Source of the DNA: Octopus vulgaris
Lineage: Eukaryota
Assembly (NCBI GenBank): GCA_951406725.2
Contig: OX597814.1
Location: forward strand, 103,416,001 to 103,480,000
Length of the DNA: 64,000 bases
Reading direction: 5' to 3'
Below, piece by piece: positions 60,445-64,000 of this stretch (the stretch's first letter is position 1; every line of letters starts with the position of its first letter). The notes below the pieces were generated by a model. The model was not told the origin of the DNA. It saw only the letters and a list, made by a program, of their open reading frames with translations, and searched no databases. Position numbers and translations under genes: made by a program.

Positions 60445-61540
60445 TCCTACAATTTTCAACCATATTTCACCAAATATGACATGTGTGTTCTCTTTGACTT
60501 AGGACGCTTTTTCTTATAATTTTTTCCTCGAAATTCCGCGCCCCCAACATAATTGTCAATTCGCATAGGATTTGGTTTGAGCCAGCGAAAAAACGTGACA
60601 CACTTCCAGCTGGAAAAAATCAATACTTTACTTTGTCAGCTGTGGCGAACTCCTTTCGACTGCTTGTTACAATTTGCCTCTTGTTTTCACATGAGCGCTC
60701 TTTTTCATATAATTATTCCAACTTAAAGTAGCCACTTCGAAACTCTTACCCAAAATTAAAAATCTTTAATTCGGTCAGTTTGATTAACATTTTTGCCAAC
60801 TACATTTTACTATTTTGTGGGTGCTACACATTCACGGCTTTTCCTTAGGACTTTTTCTATTGCGTAAACTGATAATTTTCCATCATGCCTCGACGCAAAA
60901 GATCCAATAAAGGTCGGCAAACAAATGCTGCATAGAAAAGTAAACGTATGCGTGCAAATGAATCTGCCAAGGATGTTGCCAGGAGGAACTCTCTCTCAAT
61001 GCACTTAGGATGGCTTCAGTGGGAAGAAGGTAATGTGAAGAGCAGTGTTGTGATCGGTTAGCACGTATTGCTGCGCAACGAGCCGCCCAGAGCAACGAGC
61101 AACGTTCAGCACGCCGAACAAGAAATGCTTCCTCTACTGCTGCTGCACGAACTGCAGAGACTGCAGCACAATGCGCAATTCGACTTACAAGAGATGCTAC
61201 AGCAACTGCTGCCGCGCGTGCTACGGAGACCACAGGGGAAAGACAACCACGACTGGAGGCTACAACTCAGCGAAGGGCTGCACGACGCTCCTACTCAAGG
61301 CCATACTCCTGGCGTTGGTCAGTGACAGCATTCAACTATGATCCAACAACTGACCACAGTAATCACCCTGACGTTCAAATAGGCTGCATGTCCACAATCT
61401 GCCCATTTACCATAGAATTGGTTCCCTGCAGCCGTATGACGCTGCCTCGCCTCAGTTTCTTCAGCTCTACTTCGTGGGAGACTACGTTGACCAGGCATAC
61501 TAAACAAACAGTTCCGGGAAACGTCGGGTACGCCTGCTAG
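60445..61540 (+). mobile_element. Helitron, non-autonomous (Rep N-terminus joined to the 3' terminus); 5' limit approximate
   Basis: MPRRKRSNKGRQT..R/A/E-rich helix..AFNYDPTTDHSNHPDVQIGCMSTICPF; hairpin ccgggaaacgtcggg then CTAG at 61537-61540 followed by T. Confidence 0.85.
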
Positions 61541-61544
61541 TAAT

Positions 61545-62050
61545 AATAAAAAGAGAGAAAAGAGAGCTAATCGTGCCGATGTTGACAAAGCCAATGGTTA
61601 ATGTCTTCTGGCTTAAAATCAGAAACAGAAGGGTTTATCATAGCAACCAAGATCAGTGCCTACATACCAGGCCAACATATTAAAGAACGGCAGTTACCCA
61701 ATATGTCGTGTATGTAAACAACAAAATGAAACCATTGATTATATTGTCTCCATGTGCAGTCTTCTTGCGCCTACAGAGTATCTCAACAAGCATGATAGAG
61801 TAGCACAATATATTCACCGGGTAATTTGCAAAAGCCTGGACTTGCCCCAAGATAAAAACTGGTGGGAATACAAACCACCTCCAGTGCTTGAAAATTATCA
61901 CATTTCACTCCCCTAGAACTTCACCGTTCAAACTGGCAGAGAGATAGATGCGAATAGGCCAGACATTATATTGAAAGACTTTAGACAAAAATCATGCCTC
62001 CTCATTGATATGACTTTCCCAATCGACATAAATATATCTGTCAAGACCTG
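61545..62050 (+). mobile_element. R4/Dong-like LINE fragment (CCHC + RLE)
   Basis: LKSETEGFII, CRVCKQQNETIDYIVSMC, YLNKHDRVAQYIH, ANRPDII. Confidence 0.88.
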
Positions 62051-62099
62051 CCTACATTGAGGTCCCGGAAATAAAAGTTCTGGATATACACTGTATGCA

Positions 62100-62552
62100 A
62101 TAGAAGGTCATATGTGTCACAGTAAGACTCTGCACTATCACACATGGCTCTAGTAACACAGAAATGGATGGCTGAAAATTCTCATGATCACATAACCCCT
62201 AACATTTGGCCTCTTAATTCCCCAGATATCAATTCATTGGACTATTACATGCGAAGCGTTGTTGAGAGAGAGATCAATGAACATGCCCATAATACCAAAG
62301 ATTCTTTGAAAGATGCCATAGCAAGAGTAATGTCCAAAATGCACCAGGACCACTTGATTCGAGCATGAAAATGATTTAGATCTCATATAGAAGCAGTTGT
62401 TGAAGCTGAAGGTGGCTTTATTGAATAACATTATAGAAAAGAAGGTTTATTTTTAACCTCATAGCATTTTTTAATAAAGTTATTAATCTGTTATTATATA
62501 TTTGTTTTTCTATAAACATAAATCTGTCCTCAAATACCTTACGCACCCTGCA
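62100..62552 (+). mobile_element. Tc1/mariner-superfamily 3' fragment
   Basis: IWPLNSPDINSLDYY, IEAVVEAEGGFIE*; ends in cgcaccctg. Confidence 0.85.
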
Positions 62553-63461
62553 TAGTGCATCTAAGGCAACCTAAAGCAACATACTGATTTCAAGTTTTGG
62601 CACAAGGCCAGCAAAATATTTATACAAATGTTCAGTAGTCAGTGCGCCGGTCAAAATGTTTAGCGGTATTCCGCACGTCTTTAACTGTTGAGTTCAAATT
62701 CCGCCGAGGTCGGCTTTGCGTTTCACTCTTTCGGGTTCGATAAAAATAAGCACCAGTGAATCAATGGGGCCGATATAATCGACTTAGCCTTTTTTCCGAA
62801 ATTGCTGGCCTGGTGCCAAACATTTGAAACCGATATGGCTGAATAGAAGACATGGTGGTCATGCCTGGGACGTTTTTCACCATGGATCTGCTCGATGAGA
62901 TCTTACTTGGGGTTAAAAACATTAAGAACAACATTGGAGGGATGTGGGCAGAGGTAACCTCGACTGGATTTGAACTAAGTAACTATATGTTAAGTTTTTA
63001 AATGGCGAAGAAAATCGACCGACGAGACTTAGATATCATATTGCACCTCGTCCAGCAGCACATTACCATTTCTGCTGCCCTACAACGGCCTCCGCCGCCG
63101 CCGCCGCCCTGCCGTGCTTAAAATAACAAAACCAGAACAATGAGTATTACACTGAAGACAGAATCTGTTGTCGACAGATGTTGTTGTTAACAGAAATACC
63201 AACCAGTAACTTGAGCCAACAAATGTTTATAAAATATCCACTTGCTTCAAAATTCTTTCCTATTTGTTCAGACCGAGTCTCTTATTTTGAGAGTCCCTAT
63301 AAACGCATTGCGTTGCCTAAATATGCGCTAACTCCACGCCGTAGAATTACTGATATATTTCTTTAAATAATTGTTCACACATGTTTTCGCCATTTAATTC
63401 AGTTGTCCTGGCTAGTTTAGAACTTGTTATACTTCCTCTGTCTCTGTCTCTCCCTTTCTCT

Positions 63462-63566
<105 letters not shown>

Positions 63567-63721
63567 GTATGTGTGTGTGTGTATGTATATTTTAGCAACA
63601 CGGAACAAACGAAAAGTAGTCAAACTAGAACTACCTAAGCGTCGAATTCTAGTTTACTATCACATATATATAATATGTATATTATTATTGTATATATATG
63701 TATATATATATAATAATATAC

Positions 63722-63765
<44 letters not shown>

Positions 63766-63770
63766 TATAC

Positions 63771-63808
<38 letters not shown>

Positions 63809-63833
63809 GTATATTATTATATATATATACATA

Positions 63834-63896
<63 letters not shown>

Positions 63897-64000
63897 CATT
63901 ATTATTATTATTATTATTATTATTCAGTAGTTTTATTTTTATAGCGTGCTTTCACTTCACTACCGAGCGCAGCTCTGTGTGCCTTGGGTATGTGCTGTGA

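Overview
AT-rich, microsatellite-dense animal genomic DNA. The SINE families and repeat landscape suggest an octopus/cephalopod genome (inference, not verified). One host gene is present: a minus-strand SLC5 sodium:solute symporter of the SMCT/SMVT/NIS (SLC5A5/6/8/12) group. I traced 11 coding exons by hand between 50515 and 3818. All have GT-AG sites and join in frame into about 419 aa plus a stop; the first two or so exons were not found and probably lie beyond position 64000. The introns are filled with transposon remains: two internally deleted Helitrons, a full-length mariner and other Tc1/mariner relics, R4/Dong-like, CR1-group, L1/Tx1-like and RTE LINE pieces, Penelope-like fragments, a probable solo LTR and many tRNA-derived SINEs. 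The most notable observations are: (1) small (TA)n-embedded fold-back elements carrying minimal hammerhead-ribozyme-like motifs, plus one hammerhead with an intact core in sense orientation in an intron; (2) a SINE with swappable 3' tails, one resembling the local Tx1-like LINE tail, with GGT-starting target duplications and self-insertion; (3) a candidate 6-nt microexon and alternative C-termini of the transporter. All calls are by eye; no database searches were run.
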